This document shows, in pieces, positions 1 through 13,635 of a stretch of 64,000 nt of DNA. The notes beneath the pieces are model-generated. The model did not search any database and was not told the DNA's origin. It was given only the letters and a program-made list of their open reading frames with translations. The stretch lies in assembly GCA_965238005.1 (NCBI GenBank), contig OZ250165.1:224001-288000 (forward strand). Reading direction: 5' to 3'. The stretch comes from Longimicrobiales bacterium (GTDB lineage Bacteria > Gemmatimonadota > Gemmatimonadetes > Longimicrobiales > Gaopeijiaceae). Every line of letters begins with the position of its first letter. Position 1 is the stretch's first letter. The translations under genes and the position numbers were made by a program.

Positions 1-306
1 CGGTAAGTAGGCCTCTGGCTGGTAGTAGTCGTAGTAGGAGATGAAGTACTCGACGGAATTCTGGGGGAAGAGCGACTTGAGCTCACCGTAGAGCTGTGCG
101 GCGAGCGTCTTGTTGTGGGAGGTCACCAGTGTGGGCCGCCCATACTGAGCGATCACATGGGCGATGGAGAACGTCTTCCCCGTACCGGTCGCCCCCAGGA
201 GGGTCTGGAAGCGGTCACCGCGACCGAGCCCCTCGTTGAGCTCGGTGATGGCCTTGGGCTGGTCTCCCTGGGGCTCGTATGTGGAAGAAATCTGGAATCG
301 CGGCAT
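1..306 (-). CDS. uvrB: Excinuclease ABC subunit B, 5' part (runs off window)
   Basis: Manual translation [20 protein letters not shown]...[10 protein letters not shown]...[12 protein letters not shown]...[14 protein letters not shown]. Confidence 0.97.
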   Translation of the reverse strand, partial: MPRFQISSTYEPQGDQPKAITELNEGLGRGDRFQTLLGATGTGKTFSIAHVIAQYGRPTLVTSHNKTLAAQLYGELKSLFPQNSVEYFISYYDYYQPEAYLP

Positions 307-349
307 CGATGCGTCGGCGTCTCGAACGTTCGGCTCGGCCGGTAGCCGT

Positions 350-2557
350 CTACTGGAGGTCGGACTCCTGGAAGGTCTCCCGCCGGTTCACCTCCAGCAC
401 GCCCTTCACGCGGCGGATCGACTTCATGACCCGGTTCAGGTGGGCCAGGTCCTGGACCTCCACGGAGAACTGGCCGATCATGCCCCTGTCGACACCTCTC
501 ATGTCGGCCTGGGCGATGTCGGTGCCGGTGTCGGTGATGGCCTTGGCCACGTCCGACAGGAGGCCTCGCCGATCGGTCCCCTCCATGTACAGCTTCACGA
601 AGAAACGGTCTCCTTTTTTGTCCGCCGTCCACTCGATCTCCACGCGCCGGTCCTCGGAGCGGTTCAGGATGTTGGGGCAGTCCACACGGTGGATGGAGAC
701 GCCCCGCCCTCTGGTGATGTAGCCTATCACCTTGTCCCCGGGGACCGGCTGACAACACTGGGAGTAGCGGATCATCAGGTTGTCCATCCCCTGGATCCGC
801 ACACCCCGGCTGGAGCGGCGAATGCGGTCGGCGATGCGCTCGAGGGCGCTCGGTGAGCGGTTGACGACCTCGTGGGGATCCTCGTCCGGGTAGAGGGCTC
901 GGATGACGGCCGTGGGCCCCACGTCCCCACATCCCAGGGCCGAAAGCACCTGATCGAACTCGGTGTAGCCGAGGCTCTCGGCGGCCTCCTGCCTCTGCGC
1001 GTCGGTGGGCTTCTCCCGCCGGGCCTTCCTCACCTCCCGCTCGAAGAAGTCCTTTCCGAGCTTGAGGGCCGACTCGTGCTCTTCCTTCCGGATCCACTGC
1101 CGGATGCGTCCCCGGGCTCGGGACGTCTTTACGAACGCGAGCCAATCCCGGCTCGGACGCTTCCGGGAGTCGGTGATGATCTCCACCGTGTCGCCGCTCT
1201 TGAGCTCCCTGGAAAGGGGAGCGATCCGTCCGTTCACCCTCGCACCGGCACAGTGTTGCCCGACCTCGGTGTGGACGGAGTAGGCGAAGTCGATGGGCGT
1301 GGCGCCCAGCGGCAGCGGCTTCACGTCACCCCTGGGGGTGAAGATGAAGATCTCGCCCTGGAACAGGTCCATGCGGAGGAATTCCATGAATTCCTCGGGC
1401 TCATCGGTGTCCTTCTGCCACTCCAGAACCTGACGGAACCAGATCAGGGCCTCGTCGACCTCGTCGGGCTCCTGCTCCGGCTCCGGCTCGGTGAGCCCTT
1501 CTTTGTAGCGCCAGTGCGCCGCGATGCCGTACTCGGCGGTGCGGTGCATCTCCTCGCTGCGGATTTGGATCTCGTACCTGCGCCCCCCGGGTCCGATGAC
1601 CGTCGTATGGAGCGAGCGGTACATGTTGGACTTGGGCGTGGCGATGAAGTCGTGGAAGCGGTCTTGGACGGGGGTCCAGCGGTTGTGGATGACGCCGAGG
1701 GCCGCATAGCAGTTCTGGACACTATCGGTGAGCACCCGCATGGCCATGAGGTCGTAGATGTCCGCGTAGGGCACGCCGCGATGGACCATCTTGAGGTAGA
1801 TGGACCACAGGTGCTTGGGACGGCCGGTCACCTCGGCCGGCACGCCGGCTTCCGCCAGGGCCTCATCGAGGGGGCGCTTCATGTCCAGGATCTGTCGCTC
1901 TCGCTCCTTGCGCCGCTGGCGGACCTTCTTGCCCAGCTTCTCGTGGGCGTCGGGCTCCAGATACTTGAAGGCCAGGTCCTCTAGCTCCCACCGGACGGCG
2001 GCCATCCCCAGACGATGCGCCAGCGGGGCGTAGATCTCCCGTGTCTCGAGGGCGATCCGGCGCTGTTTCCCCGGCTTGAGGGCATCCAGGGTGCGCATGT
2101 TGTGCAGGCGGTCTGCCAGCTTGACCAGGATCACCCGAGCGTCCCGAGCCATGGAGAGGAGGAGCTTGCGGTAGGTCTCGACCTGCTGTTCGGTGTGGGA
2201 GCGGAACTCCACGCGACCGATCTTCGTGACCCCGTCCACGATGGTGGAAACGCTCTCGCCGAAGCGCTTGTCGATGTCGGCCAGGGAGACGGTCGTGTCC
2301 TCGACGACGTCGTGGACCAAGCCCGACACCAGGGAATCGGTGTCGAGGCCCAGCAGAGCCAGGATGGTAGCTACCTCTACGGCATGGCTGACGAACTCGT
2401 CGCCCGACGCCCGGCGCTGGCCCGCGTGGGCCTCTTTGGCGAGCTCATAGGCGTCGCGCACCACGTCGACGTCCAGTCGATCGGCGTACGACTCCATGGC
2501 CCTGGCGAGCGGCCGGGGCAAGCCTCGAATCGTGCGGGTAGCTGTCGCGGTGGGCAT
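350..2557 (-). CDS. relA: RelA/SpoT (p)ppGpp synthetase/hydrolase
   Basis: HDVVED hydrolase motif, [34 protein letters not shown] and ACT regions. Confidence 0.95.
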   Translation of the reverse strand: MPTATATRTIRGLPRPLARAMESYADRLDVDVVRDAYELAKEAHAGQRRASGDEFVSHAVEVATILALLGLDTDSLVSGLVHDVVEDTTVSLADIDKRFGESVSTIVDGVTKIGRVEFRSHTEQQVETYRKLLLSMARDARVILVKLADRLHNMRTLDALKPGKQRRIALETREIYAPLAHRLGMAAVRWELEDLAFKYLEPDAHEKLGKKVRQRRKERERQILDMKRPLDEALAEAGVPAEVTGRPKHLWSIYLKMVHRGVPYADIYDLMAMRVLTDSVQNCYAALGVIHNRWTPVQDRFHDFIATPKSNMYRSLHTTVIGPGGRRYEIQIRSEEMHRTAEYGIAAHWRYKEGLTEPEPEQEPDEVDEALIWFRQVLEWQKDTDEPEEFMEFLRMDLFQGEIFIFTPRGDVKPLPLGATPIDFAYSVHTEVGQHCAGARVNGRIAPLSRELKSGDTVEIITDSRKRPSRDWLAFVKTSRARGRIRQWIRKEEHESALKLGKDFFEREVRKARREKPTDAQRQEAAESLGYTEFDQVLSALGCGDVGPTAVIRALYPDEDPHEVVNRSPSALERIADRIRRSSRGVRIQGMDNLMIRYSQCCQPVPGDKVIGYITRGRGVSIHRVDCPNILNRSEDRRVEIEWTADKKGDRFFVKLYMEGTDRRGLLSDVAKAITDTGTDIAQADMRGVDRGMIGQFSVEVQDLAHLNRVMKSIRRVKGVLEVNRRETFQESDLQ

Positions 2558-2725
2558 CCCTCAGCTACCCCCACTTTCACACATCTGTTTCCCGATCTCT
2601 GGCCACCTCGGAAGCGGAATAGAATTGCAGGGCGGCGTGCGGCAGGTGCAGTTTGGAATAAACCGGTCACGTAGCCTATTGTAGCCCTCCTGGACGGCCC
2701 TCCCCCAGGGGAACTGAAGAACCGC

Positions 2726-3216
2726 GTGAAACCTATGCGTCTACTCGCTTTCCTGGCCATCGGCGTCACTTCGTTGGTGCTCTCGTGCACCGGCGGCGAC
2801 TCCCCCACGGGGGACCGTCCGCCGGCTATGGCCCTCGTCGGGCTCAATGCCATTTTTCCGGTGCAGGCGGGAGAGGCGCAAGCCGGCGATATCAGCCGAA
2901 TCCGGATGAGACGAACGACGGGCCCACTGAGGCATCGGACGTGGTGCTCTTCGACCGACTCCCCGACGGCCTCCACCTCGTCTCGGCCGACCAGTCTCAC
3001 GGAAGCTACGACCCGGCCGCCGGACGTTGGGATGTCGGGTCCCTGGTGGTCGGCGAGCAAGCTACGCTGACCCTCGTGGCGATGGTCACCTTAGACGAGC
3101 CGGATCCTGACCTGAGCAACAACGTCAGCGAGGCTTCTCTGTTCGTGCCCTCGCCTGTCGCGCCGGGGCCGGCCGATGGGCCACCAGAGCCCTCAACGCA
3201 CTCTCCACCCAGGTAG
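2726..3216 (+). pseudogene. Frameshifted or internally deleted lipoprotein with DUF11-like domain
   Basis: Signal peptide with lipobox (LVLSC) in one frame; TNDGPTEASDVVLFDRLPDGL...WDVGSL...DPDLSNN in another. Confidence 0.55.
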
Positions 3217-3885
3217 TCACGACAAGCCCCCGTCCTCGGCAATGGACACGAAGCGGCCATCGCCCACCACCACGTGGTCGACGACCGGAATGCCCACCGC
3301 CACACCGGCACGCGCAAGCTGGCTGGTCACTGCCCGGTCCTCCGCCGAGGGGGTCGGATCGCCTGACGGGTGGTTGTGGACGAGGATGATGCCGGCCGCG
3401 CTCCGGACGATCGCGGGCCTGAACACCTCCCGGGGGTGGATGAGGGAGGCGTCCAAGATGCCACGCGTGATGAGAACCTCCCCGATCACGCGGTGCTGAG
3501 ACGACAGCAGGAGCGCGTGGAACTCCTCCTGCTGCAGGTCGCGCAGGCGCGGCTCCATGCGGTCGAATACGTCCTTGGCGCCACGGATGCGCTCTCCCGG
3601 GTAGCGCTCCTCAGCGCTCGCCCTGCGCCCCAGCTCCAGGGCGGCCGAGATCCGGGCGGAGGTGGCCTCCCCTACCCCGCGGATGGCCGTGATCCCCAGC
3701 GGCGTAAGGGATCCCATTGCCCGGAGGGACCCGTTCACACCGGCGAGCACCGCCTCCGCGATCTCCAGCGCCGAGGCCTCGCGGCCCCCACTCCCAATCA
3801 GGATCGCCAGCAGCTCGCGGCTCGAGAGGGCCCCGGGACCCAGCGTGATGAGGCGCTCACGTGGGCGCTCCTCGGGGGGAGACAG
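3217..3885 (-). CDS. radC: RadC/JAB domain protein; start codon uncertain
   Basis: EERPRERL...LSSRELLAILIG upstream of the ORF-track start; HPREVF, HNHPSGDPTPSAED, DHVVVG. Confidence 0.9.
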   Translation of the reverse strand: MSPPEERPRERLITLGPGALSSRELLAILIGSGGREASALEIAEAVLAGVNGSLRAMGSLTPLGITAIRGVGEATSARISAALELGRRASAEERYPGERIRGAKDVFDRMEPRLRDLQQEEFHALLLSSQHRVIGEVLITRGILDASLIHPREVFRPAIVRSAAGIILVHNHPSGDPTPSAEDRAVTSQLARAGVAVGIPVVDHVVVGDGRFVSIAEDGGLS

Positions 3886-3889
3886 TGAA

Positions 3890-4141
3890 CTAGGCTGCCT
3901 TACCGTTCTCCGAATCCGGTACCATGGGAACGGCTTGTGCGCCTTCGTCGCTGAGAGCCTCCAAGATGGCGTCCGTATCGAGCATCTCTTCGAGCTCCTC
4001 CAGGGGAGACCGCATCTCCCAAGGTCTCAGCATGTACTCTCTTCCCGCTCGCTGACGGATCTTGACGTATCCCGTGATCCAGGCCTCATCCATCAGGGCT
4101 TCGAGATCGGCCATTGCCTCCGCGGAGTTGTAGACCTTCAT
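3890..4141 (-). CDS. Phd/YefM-like antitoxin-type small protein, no adjacent toxin
   Basis: MKVYNSAEAMADLEALMDEA...VKIRQRAGREYMLRP matches the Phd N-terminal pattern. Confidence 0.5.
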   Translation of the reverse strand: MKVYNSAEAMADLEALMDEAWITGYVKIRQRAGREYMLRPWEMRSPLEELEEMLDTDAILEALSDEGAQAVPMVPDSENGKAA

Positions 4142-4492
4142 TGGCACCTCCGGTGATCGTTCCTCCAAGTGTCGGTCGGACCAGGTAAGAAGCCATGCCC
4201 GGGTGGGCGGTTGAATGGCTGGATGGGAACCCAACGCCCGCAGAGGGGACCACCCAACTCGATACACGCCGCGAATCGCCCTACACTCCTCCTCGAGGTG
4301 CTGACCGACCGTCACTCAAGAGAGATCAAGGAGCTGGTACGAGGCTTGGCGTACCGTTCCTATCAGGTTGATTGAGGAGGTCGGCCCGGCGCCAGTGACG
4401 GAGGGGGCCAGTCCCTGTGTTGGCCGAAATGTGCTTCTGTTTAGTCCACACGTAGCGGAAGGACTGGGCCTCGCGACTCGATGGGGGCGCCG

Positions 4493-7834
<3,342 letters not shown>

Positions 7835-7877
7835 TGGGCTCTATCCTTCTCAGGCATCCGGCGACGGACTCCAGGTC

Positions 7878-8096
7878 TCATTCGGGCCGGGCCACCACTA
7901 CACCGAAGCGAATAAAGTTGTACCAAAAGCGTTCGTGCAGGTAGTAGAGGGCCAACTTCGTGAACACCTCGATGACACCCACCTGCACGCCTACCTGCCA
8001 GTTACCCGTCACCCACCACGCGATGACGACGGTGTCAAAAGTCGCCACGCATCTCCATGTGATCGCCTTCACGACGTGCCGTCTGCGTGAGATCAT
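7878..8096 (-). CDS. DUF2061-like small membrane protein
   Basis: KAITWR...TKLALYYLHERFW signature. Confidence 0.75.
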   Translation of the reverse strand: MISRRRHVVKAITWRCVATFDTVVIAWWVTGNWQVGVQVGVIEVFTKLALYYLHERFWYNFIRFGVVVARPE

Positions 8097-8166
8097 ACTC
8101 GCTCCACCTAGGAATGTGTTGTTCGTCCGCCGCGGCCCCATCGCTCGCACGGCCGACTCAGGGCCC

Positions 8167-8772
8167 TCAATCCCGGTAGAGCCCCTCTCGCTCGATGACC
8201 TCGGCCACTCCCTCGGGGACGAGGTGACGGAACGGCTCACCTTCCCGGATGCGCCGCCGGATCTCGGACGACGAAACGTCGACCCTCGATACGTGGGCCG
8301 ACGTCCACTCCACGTCCACGCCCGGGTCCACGTCCCGGGGGTTCTCGCCCTCCGGCTCCAGAACCCACAGCCGGGCCAGACGGGCCACCTCCTCCGGCTC
8401 TCTCCACGTGGAGAGCTCGGCGAACTGATCGGCGCCCAGGATCAGCACGGGATCGACGTCGGGATACTCAGACCGCAGGGCACGAAGCGTGTCCACCGTG
8501 TAGGAGGGCCCCTCGCGCGCGAGCTCCAGATCGCTCACCACCTGTCCCTCGACTCCGTCCGTGGCGGCCCTCACCATCTCCAGGCGGAGACCCGCGGGAG
8601 CGATGCGGCGATGGGGCTTGTGGGGGGGAATCCGGGCGGGCATCCAGACGACCTCGTCCAGGTCCTCCGTCTCCACGAGCTGCCGTGCCACGGCGAGGTG
8701 GCCGATGTGGGGGGGGTCGAACGTGCCCCCGAAGACCCCGAGAGGCCGGGGGCGTTCTCCCTTAGGCTCCAT
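8167..8772 (-). CDS. nadD: Nicotinate-nucleotide adenylyltransferase
   Basis: GGTFDPPHIGH, SYTVDTL, LGAD, VSSSEIR. Confidence 0.95.
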   Translation of the reverse strand: MEPKGERPRPLGVFGGTFDPPHIGHLAVARQLVETEDLDEVVWMPARIPPHKPHRRIAPAGLRLEMVRAATDGVEGQVVSDLELAREGPSYTVDTLRALRSEYPDVDPVLILGADQFAELSTWREPEEVARLARLWVLEPEGENPRDVDPGVDVEWTSAHVSRVDVSSSEIRRRIREGEPFRHLVPEGVAEVIEREGLYRD

Positions 8773-9496
8773 TCCCGAGTAGCTTGGCGGGCTCGGAGTC
8801 CGGATACAGCTCGAGCAGCTTTTCGCGAGCCTCCTCGACGTCCTGTCTGTAGCCGATCTTCTCGAAGGCCTCGATCTTCTTCAACAACGCCCAGGGCGCC
8901 CAGCTCGACTCGGGATAGCTTGCCTCGACCTCCTCGAAGTAGAGGATGGCCGAGTCCACAAGATTCCTCTTCAGATAGTGGAGCCCCGTGGTGTAGTCCT
9001 GCTCGGCGAGCTTGTCGTGCATCTCCACGGCGACCTCCGAGGCTCGGAGGCCGATGAGCGTTCCGGCGTAGTCGGACGCCGTCTGTCGGCAGTTCGTCCG
9101 GGCCTGCCGGGTGAACGACTGGTCGCGATGGGGCGTGGGCGACAGCCCGGCCAACGAGCGGCAGATTCCCAAGGCCGCGTGGGGCGCCGTGGTGTCGGCC
9201 GGGAAGAGGTAGAGCGCCCGCTGATACTCCGCCCGGGACTCGATGTAGTGCTCCCTCTCGTACTCCGACCGGGCGAGCTGCAGTCGTGCCTCGGCGGCGA
9301 ATTCGAAGCTGGATGTCATGAGCACGTTCTCGAACGCCTCGGCAGCCGCGCCCCACCGCTCCTCCTGCATGGCCTGGACCCCGATGTTGTAGACCTCCAT
9401 GGTGGTCAGGCCGGGGAACGGCAGGCCCCCGCTACAGGCCATGAAGGCAAGGCCTGAAATCAGGAATGTGAGGGGTGCTCGGAGGTCGATTTTCAT
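8762..9496 (-). CDS. bamD: Outer membrane assembly lipoprotein BamD
   Basis: Lipobox MACSG, TPR helices, RDQSFTRQA, KLAEQDY; adjacent to nadD. Confidence 0.8.
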   Translation of the reverse strand: MKIDLRAPLTFLISGLAFMACSGGLPFPGLTTMEVYNIGVQAMQEERWGAAAEAFENVLMTSSFEFAAEARLQLARSEYEREHYIESRAEYQRALYLFPADTTAPHAALGICRSLAGLSPTPHRDQSFTRQARTNCRQTASDYAGTLIGLRASEVAVEMHDKLAEQDYTTGLHYLKRNLVDSAILYFEEVEASYPESSWAPWALLKKIEAFEKIGYRQDVEEAREKLLELYPDSEPAKLLGNGA

Positions 9497-9585
9497 ACCC
9501 GGGAAATACACCGGCGCCAGCGTCAGGTTCGTATAGGCAGCCCTAGCGCTCGCCGGATTTCCGGCGCTTGGCAATGGGAGGAAAA

Positions 9586-10356
9586 CTAGGAATCCAGCGC
9601 CGTCAGGTAGGCCCGCACGCGCCGGTCCTCGGGATCGGCTTCGGCGCAGCGCTCCCACTCTCTACGGGCCCCTTCGAGGTCGTCCAGTCGGTGCAGCAGT
9701 GCGCCGAGCCTGACCCGGGCGTCGTGGAATCTCGGGTGCATCTCCAAGATGGCCTCGAGATGATCCCGGGCGTCGTCGAGGCGGTCGAGATTCATGTAGG
9801 CCTCGGCGAGCTTGAAGCGCAGGTCGGCGAAGCGGGGACGGACCGACACCGCCGCCGCGTACTGCTGAGCGGCCTCTTCCGGACGGCTGGCCACCAGGTA
9901 GAGGTCCCCGCTCCGGGCAAGGGAGTCGGCGAGTTGATTGCCCAGGTCCGACGGGAAGACCATCGAGTCACGTGTGTCTAGGGTGTTGGCGCGCTGGAAG
10001 GCCTCCGACGCCTCTTCGAAGCGTCCCATGTCGTTGAGGACGATGGCCCGGTTCAGATGGGCCTCGGCGTACCTGTCATTGAGCAAGGCCTCGTCGAACT
10101 CGTCGAGGGCGCTCTCCATGTCGCCCATCATGGCCAAGCACAGCCCGGCCTTGTTGCGCACGTCGGCGAAGCCGGGCTCCTCTTCGATGATTCCCCTGAA
10201 GTGCTCGAAAGCGCTCTGGAAGTCGTCACTCTCCCACGCCGCCACGCCCTGGGCCATGATCTGGCGCAGGGACGACTGCGCGGATTCGGAGCCGGGACCC
10301 ATCTCGGGCCGATGATACTCCGGGGTTTTGGTCTTCTTTTTCGGGCTCACGGTCAT
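9586..10356 (-). CDS. Tetratricopeptide repeat protein
   Basis: Repeated P.FAD/YAEAH TPR units. Confidence 0.8.
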   Translation of the reverse strand: MTVSPKKKTKTPEYHRPEMGPGSESAQSSLRQIMAQGVAAWESDDFQSAFEHFRGIIEEEPGFADVRNKAGLCLAMMGDMESALDEFDEALLNDRYAEAHLNRAIVLNDMGRFEEASEAFQRANTLDTRDSMVFPSDLGNQLADSLARSGDLYLVASRPEEAAQQYAAAVSVRPRFADLRFKLAEAYMNLDRLDDARDHLEAILEMHPRFHDARVRLGALLHRLDDLEGARREWERCAEADPEDRRVRAYLTALDS

Positions 10357-10439
10357 CAGGTTCGGGGCGAGTAGAGGCTTTAGCGTGGGCCTACTTCACA
10401 CTAGCCACAGAATCTGGCCGAACGCAAGGGGAAACAGGC

Positions 10440-11465
10440 TCAGCAGCCCACCCCGAGACGTCCGCCCGACGGTCCCACGAAGCGAAGCTCGTCATAGCGC
10501 CACTGGGCTCGCTCCACCAAGGGGCTCGAACCCGTCTGATCCACCCGGCGCACCTGGAGGAACGCCTCCATGGCGTCCGCGCAGCGTCCCAGGTCCGACA
10601 GGCTCTCTCCCATCTCGAAGTAGGCCACGGCCTGGAGGCTCCGTGGCTCGCCCAGGGCGACGGTGCGCTCGATGTGCAGGAGAGCCTCCTCGTCGTCGTT
10701 CGTCGCACGGAGCTCCTGTGCCAGTCGGAGCGAGCAGCTTCCGATCTTCCAGTCCACCTCGCCCCTCTGCCAGCGGCGGATCATGCGCCGGTACTGCTCG
10801 TAGTGGAGGAGCGCGCGGCGGCAACCGCCAACCTCGCCATAGGCCGAGGCCGCCTCGAAGAGCACGTCCGCTACGGTGTCCTCCTCCATCCCGGCGATGG
10901 TGGACTGATAGTAGGGCAAGGCCGTGGCGTACTCGCCCGCCCGGAAGTAGTGACGCGCCAGCGGGAGCTCCATGTCCTGAATGGTGATCCCGGGGCGGAA
11001 CGACATGGCGGTCTCCATGGCAGAGGCGAGGCCGAAGAGGTCGGCCCGATCCTGGGCCGCCCGGGCCAGCCGCACCATGTCCGAGACCGCCTGATCGGTG
11101 TACGCAGGGTCCTGCTCGACGGCCTGATGATAGAAGTCCCCGGCCTCGTCGATGCGGCCCATCTCGGCGTAGGTGTGGGCGACACGGGCCAGCGTGGGCG
11201 CGTCGTCCGAACCCAGCCGGACCGCCAAGCGGTACTCGGCCAGGGCCGCGTCCAGCTCTCCCCGTGCCGCGGCCTCGTCTCCCCTGAGGACCGAGGACTC
11301 CTCCTCGCTGAAGAAGCAGCCGGTGAGGAGGGTCAGGAGGACGAGGAGGGTGGTGGTGCCGCCGCGGCGGGCAACGGCCTCGCAGCGCGCCAGTGTGGCA
11401 CGAGCATCGGCGCCGGTAGGGATCCCACCTCGCGGCCGCTCCGTCTGGTCGGTTCGGATGATCAT
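10440..11465 (-). CDS. TPR lipoprotein; start uncertain
   Basis: LLTGC lipobox followed by TPR-like helices. Confidence 0.7.
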   Translation of the reverse strand: MIIRTDQTERPRGGIPTGADARATLARCEAVARRGGTTTLLVLLTLLTGCFFSEEESSVLRGDEAAARGELDAALAEYRLAVRLGSDDAPTLARVAHTYAEMGRIDEAGDFYHQAVEQDPAYTDQAVSDMVRLARAAQDRADLFGLASAMETAMSFRPGITIQDMELPLARHYFRAGEYATALPYYQSTIAGMEEDTVADVLFEAASAYGEVGGCRRALLHYEQYRRMIRRWQRGEVDWKIGSCSLRLAQELRATNDDEEALLHIERTVALGEPRSLQAVAYFEMGESLSDLGRCADAMEAFLQVRRVDQTGSSPLVERAQWRYDELRFVGPSGGRLGVGC

Positions 11466-11585
11466 GCAGGAATGTACAGCAAAGATCGGACCGCGGTCCG
11501 AGAATGCCTGAGGCGCCTCAGTTCTCTCGTTGCTGTAGAAGAAGAAGTGATACGGCCCGTGGACACTGCCGACCGAAAAAGCGAT

Positions 11586-12536
11586 CTACCCCTCCTCCCT
11601 GAACCACTCCACGAACCGCCGCACGCCCTCCTGGAAGCCGGTGCGCGGAGCGTAGCTCAGGAGCGCCCGGGCCTTGGAGACGTCGGCGTAGGTCCTGAGG
11701 ACATCTCCGGGCTGCAGGGGCAGCTCGTTGATGGCGGGCGTCACTCCGAGAGCCCGGGACACAGTGTCGATCATCTCGCTGAGGGAGACCGTGCGACTCT
11801 CGCCCCGGTTGATGATCTCGTAGGCGTCCGGATGTGCCTCGAGGTACTCGAGCGCCGCCATCACACCTTCGAGGATGTCGTCCACGTACGTGTAGTCCCG
11901 CTCCGTGGTGCCGTCTCCGAACCTGGGAACCGGCTCCCCGGCAGTCATGAGGCGGGCGAACTTGTGGATGGCCAGGTCGGGGCGCTGGCGAGGCCCGTAC
12001 GCCGTGAAGAAGCGGAGGCAGAGCACACCCAAACCGTGAAGGTGATGGTAGGTATGGCAGAGGAGCTCCCCAGCCTTCTTGGTTGCGGCATAGGGTGAGA
12101 TGGGGCGGTCCACGGAGTCGTCCTCGGAGAACGGCACCTTCTCGTTGTTGCCGTAGACCGACGAGGACGAGCCGAAGACGAAGCGTCGGATGCCCCGCTT
12201 CCAGGCGAGCTCCAGGAGCGCCAGGGTGCCGCCCACGTTCACGTCCTGGTAGAGGACGGGCTCCTGGATGGAGGGGCGGACACCGGCCCGGGCGGCCAGG
12301 TGGATGATCGTGTCGACCTCGGGAAGCTTGTCCAGAGTCGCGGCGTCGCGGATGTCGCCCTCGACCCCGGTGAAGCGGGCGTGATCACGGCACCGGGCCA
12401 GGTTCCCCCTCTTGATAGCCGGATCGTAGAAGTCGTCGTAGGAGTCCAGGGAGACCACCTCGAAGGCTTCCTCCAGCAGGCGCTCGCAGAGGTGCGAGCC
12501 AATGAAACCGGCACCGCCGGTGACGAGGACGCTCAC
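11586..12536 (-). CDS. NAD-dependent epimerase, UDP-glucuronate 4-epimerase-like
   Basis: TGGAGFIG, HLAARAGVRPS, SSSSVYG, YAATK, RPDLAIHKF; GTGA overlap with upstream gene. Confidence 0.88.
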   Translation of the reverse strand: MSVLVTGGAGFIGSHLCERLLEEAFEVVSLDSYDDFYDPAIKRGNLARCRDHARFTGVEGDIRDAATLDKLPEVDTIIHLAARAGVRPSIQEPVLYQDVNVGGTLALLELAWKRGIRRFVFGSSSSVYGNNEKVPFSEDDSVDRPISPYAATKKAGELLCHTYHHLHGLGVLCLRFFTAYGPRQRPDLAIHKFARLMTAGEPVPRFGDGTTERDYTYVDDILEGVMAALEYLEAHPDAYEIINRGESRTVSLSEMIDTVSRALGVTPAINELPLQPGDVLRTYADVSKARALLSYAPRTGFQEGVRRFVEWFREEG

Positions 12537-13534
12537 AGACCCCCTCTCCCGGAGGATGGGGCCGGCCGATGGGCCGCCAGCCATTCCACGGTCCTCTGAA
12601 GGCCCTCGCTGAGTGACACGGTGACGTCATATCCGAGGCTCTCCCGGGCTTTGTCCAGAGAGGCGAGGGAATCGCGAACGTCCCCCTCCCTTGCCGGCCC
12701 GTGGATCGCGTCCACAGGTGCCTTTGTGGCCTCCTGGATGGCTTCCCAGAGGTGATTTATGGAGATCCGTTCGCCACACCCCACGTTGAACACCTCGCCC
12801 GCCACATCCTCGGGCGCCGCCGTGCACGCCAACAGGTTCGCCCGGACCGCGTTCTCCACGTAGGTGAAGTCCCGGGTCTGCTCACCGTCCCCGTCGATGG
12901 TGGGCGCCTCGCCGGCCATGGCCTTCGTGATGAAGAGGGGAATCACGGCCGAGTATTGCGACGTGGGGTCCTGCCTGGGACCGAAGATGTTGAAGTAGCG
13001 GAGCACCACCGTCTCGAAGCCGTAGACCAGGGCGAAGGCCTGGCAGTAGTGCTCTCCCGTGAGCTTGGCCACGGCGTAGGGAGAACGGGGTTGGGCGGCC
13101 ATGCTCTCTACCTTCGGGAGCGTCGGTGTGTCCCCGTACGCCGAGCTGGATCCCGCGTACACGAAGCGCTTCACCTCGGCGTCACGGGAGGCGATGAGCA
13201 TGTTGAGCGTGCCCGTGGCGCAGGTGGCGTGGCTGGCGCCGGGGTCGGCGACGCTACGAGGAACCGACGGAAGGGCGGCCTGGTGAAGCACGTAATCGAC
13301 ATCTTTGCACGCGGCCACGCACGTCCCGGGATCCGTGATGGACCCCTCCACCATGTGGATGTGGTCCCAGAGGCCGTCCAGGTTCTCCTGCCGCCCGGTG
13401 GAGAAGTCTTCGAGGACGCGGACCGTGGCACCGGCGTCCGCCAGAGCAGCCACCAGGTTCGAGCCGACGAAGCCGGCTCCCCCGGTGACGAGGTAGCTGG
13501 CGCTGGGTGGGACCAGACCGGAGTCCTGAGTCAC
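12533..13534 (-). CDS. SDR-family UDP-hexosamine 4-epimerase (WbpP/TviC-like)
   Basis: TGGAGFVG, HQAALPSVPRS, YAVAK, RYFNIFGPRQDP. Confidence 0.88.
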   Translation of the reverse strand: MTQDSGLVPPSASYLVTGGAGFVGSNLVAALADAGATVRVLEDFSTGRQENLDGLWDHIHMVEGSITDPGTCVAACKDVDYVLHQAALPSVPRSVADPGASHATCATGTLNMLIASRDAEVKRFVYAGSSSAYGDTPTLPKVESMAAQPRSPYAVAKLTGEHYCQAFALVYGFETVVLRYFNIFGPRQDPTSQYSAVIPLFITKAMAGEAPTIDGDGEQTRDFTYVENAVRANLLACTAAPEDVAGEVFNVGCGERISINHLWEAIQEATKAPVDAIHGPAREGDVRDSLASLDKARESLGYDVTVSLSEGLQRTVEWLAAHRPAPSSGRGGL

Positions 13535-13635
13535 GGGGAGAGCCTCGAGGGTCCGGGGTCAGGAGTCATGGGGACCCCCTCCAGGGTTCGTGGTTTCTGA
13601 GTGATCACGGGATTTCGGCGCCGGGATTCACGCGC

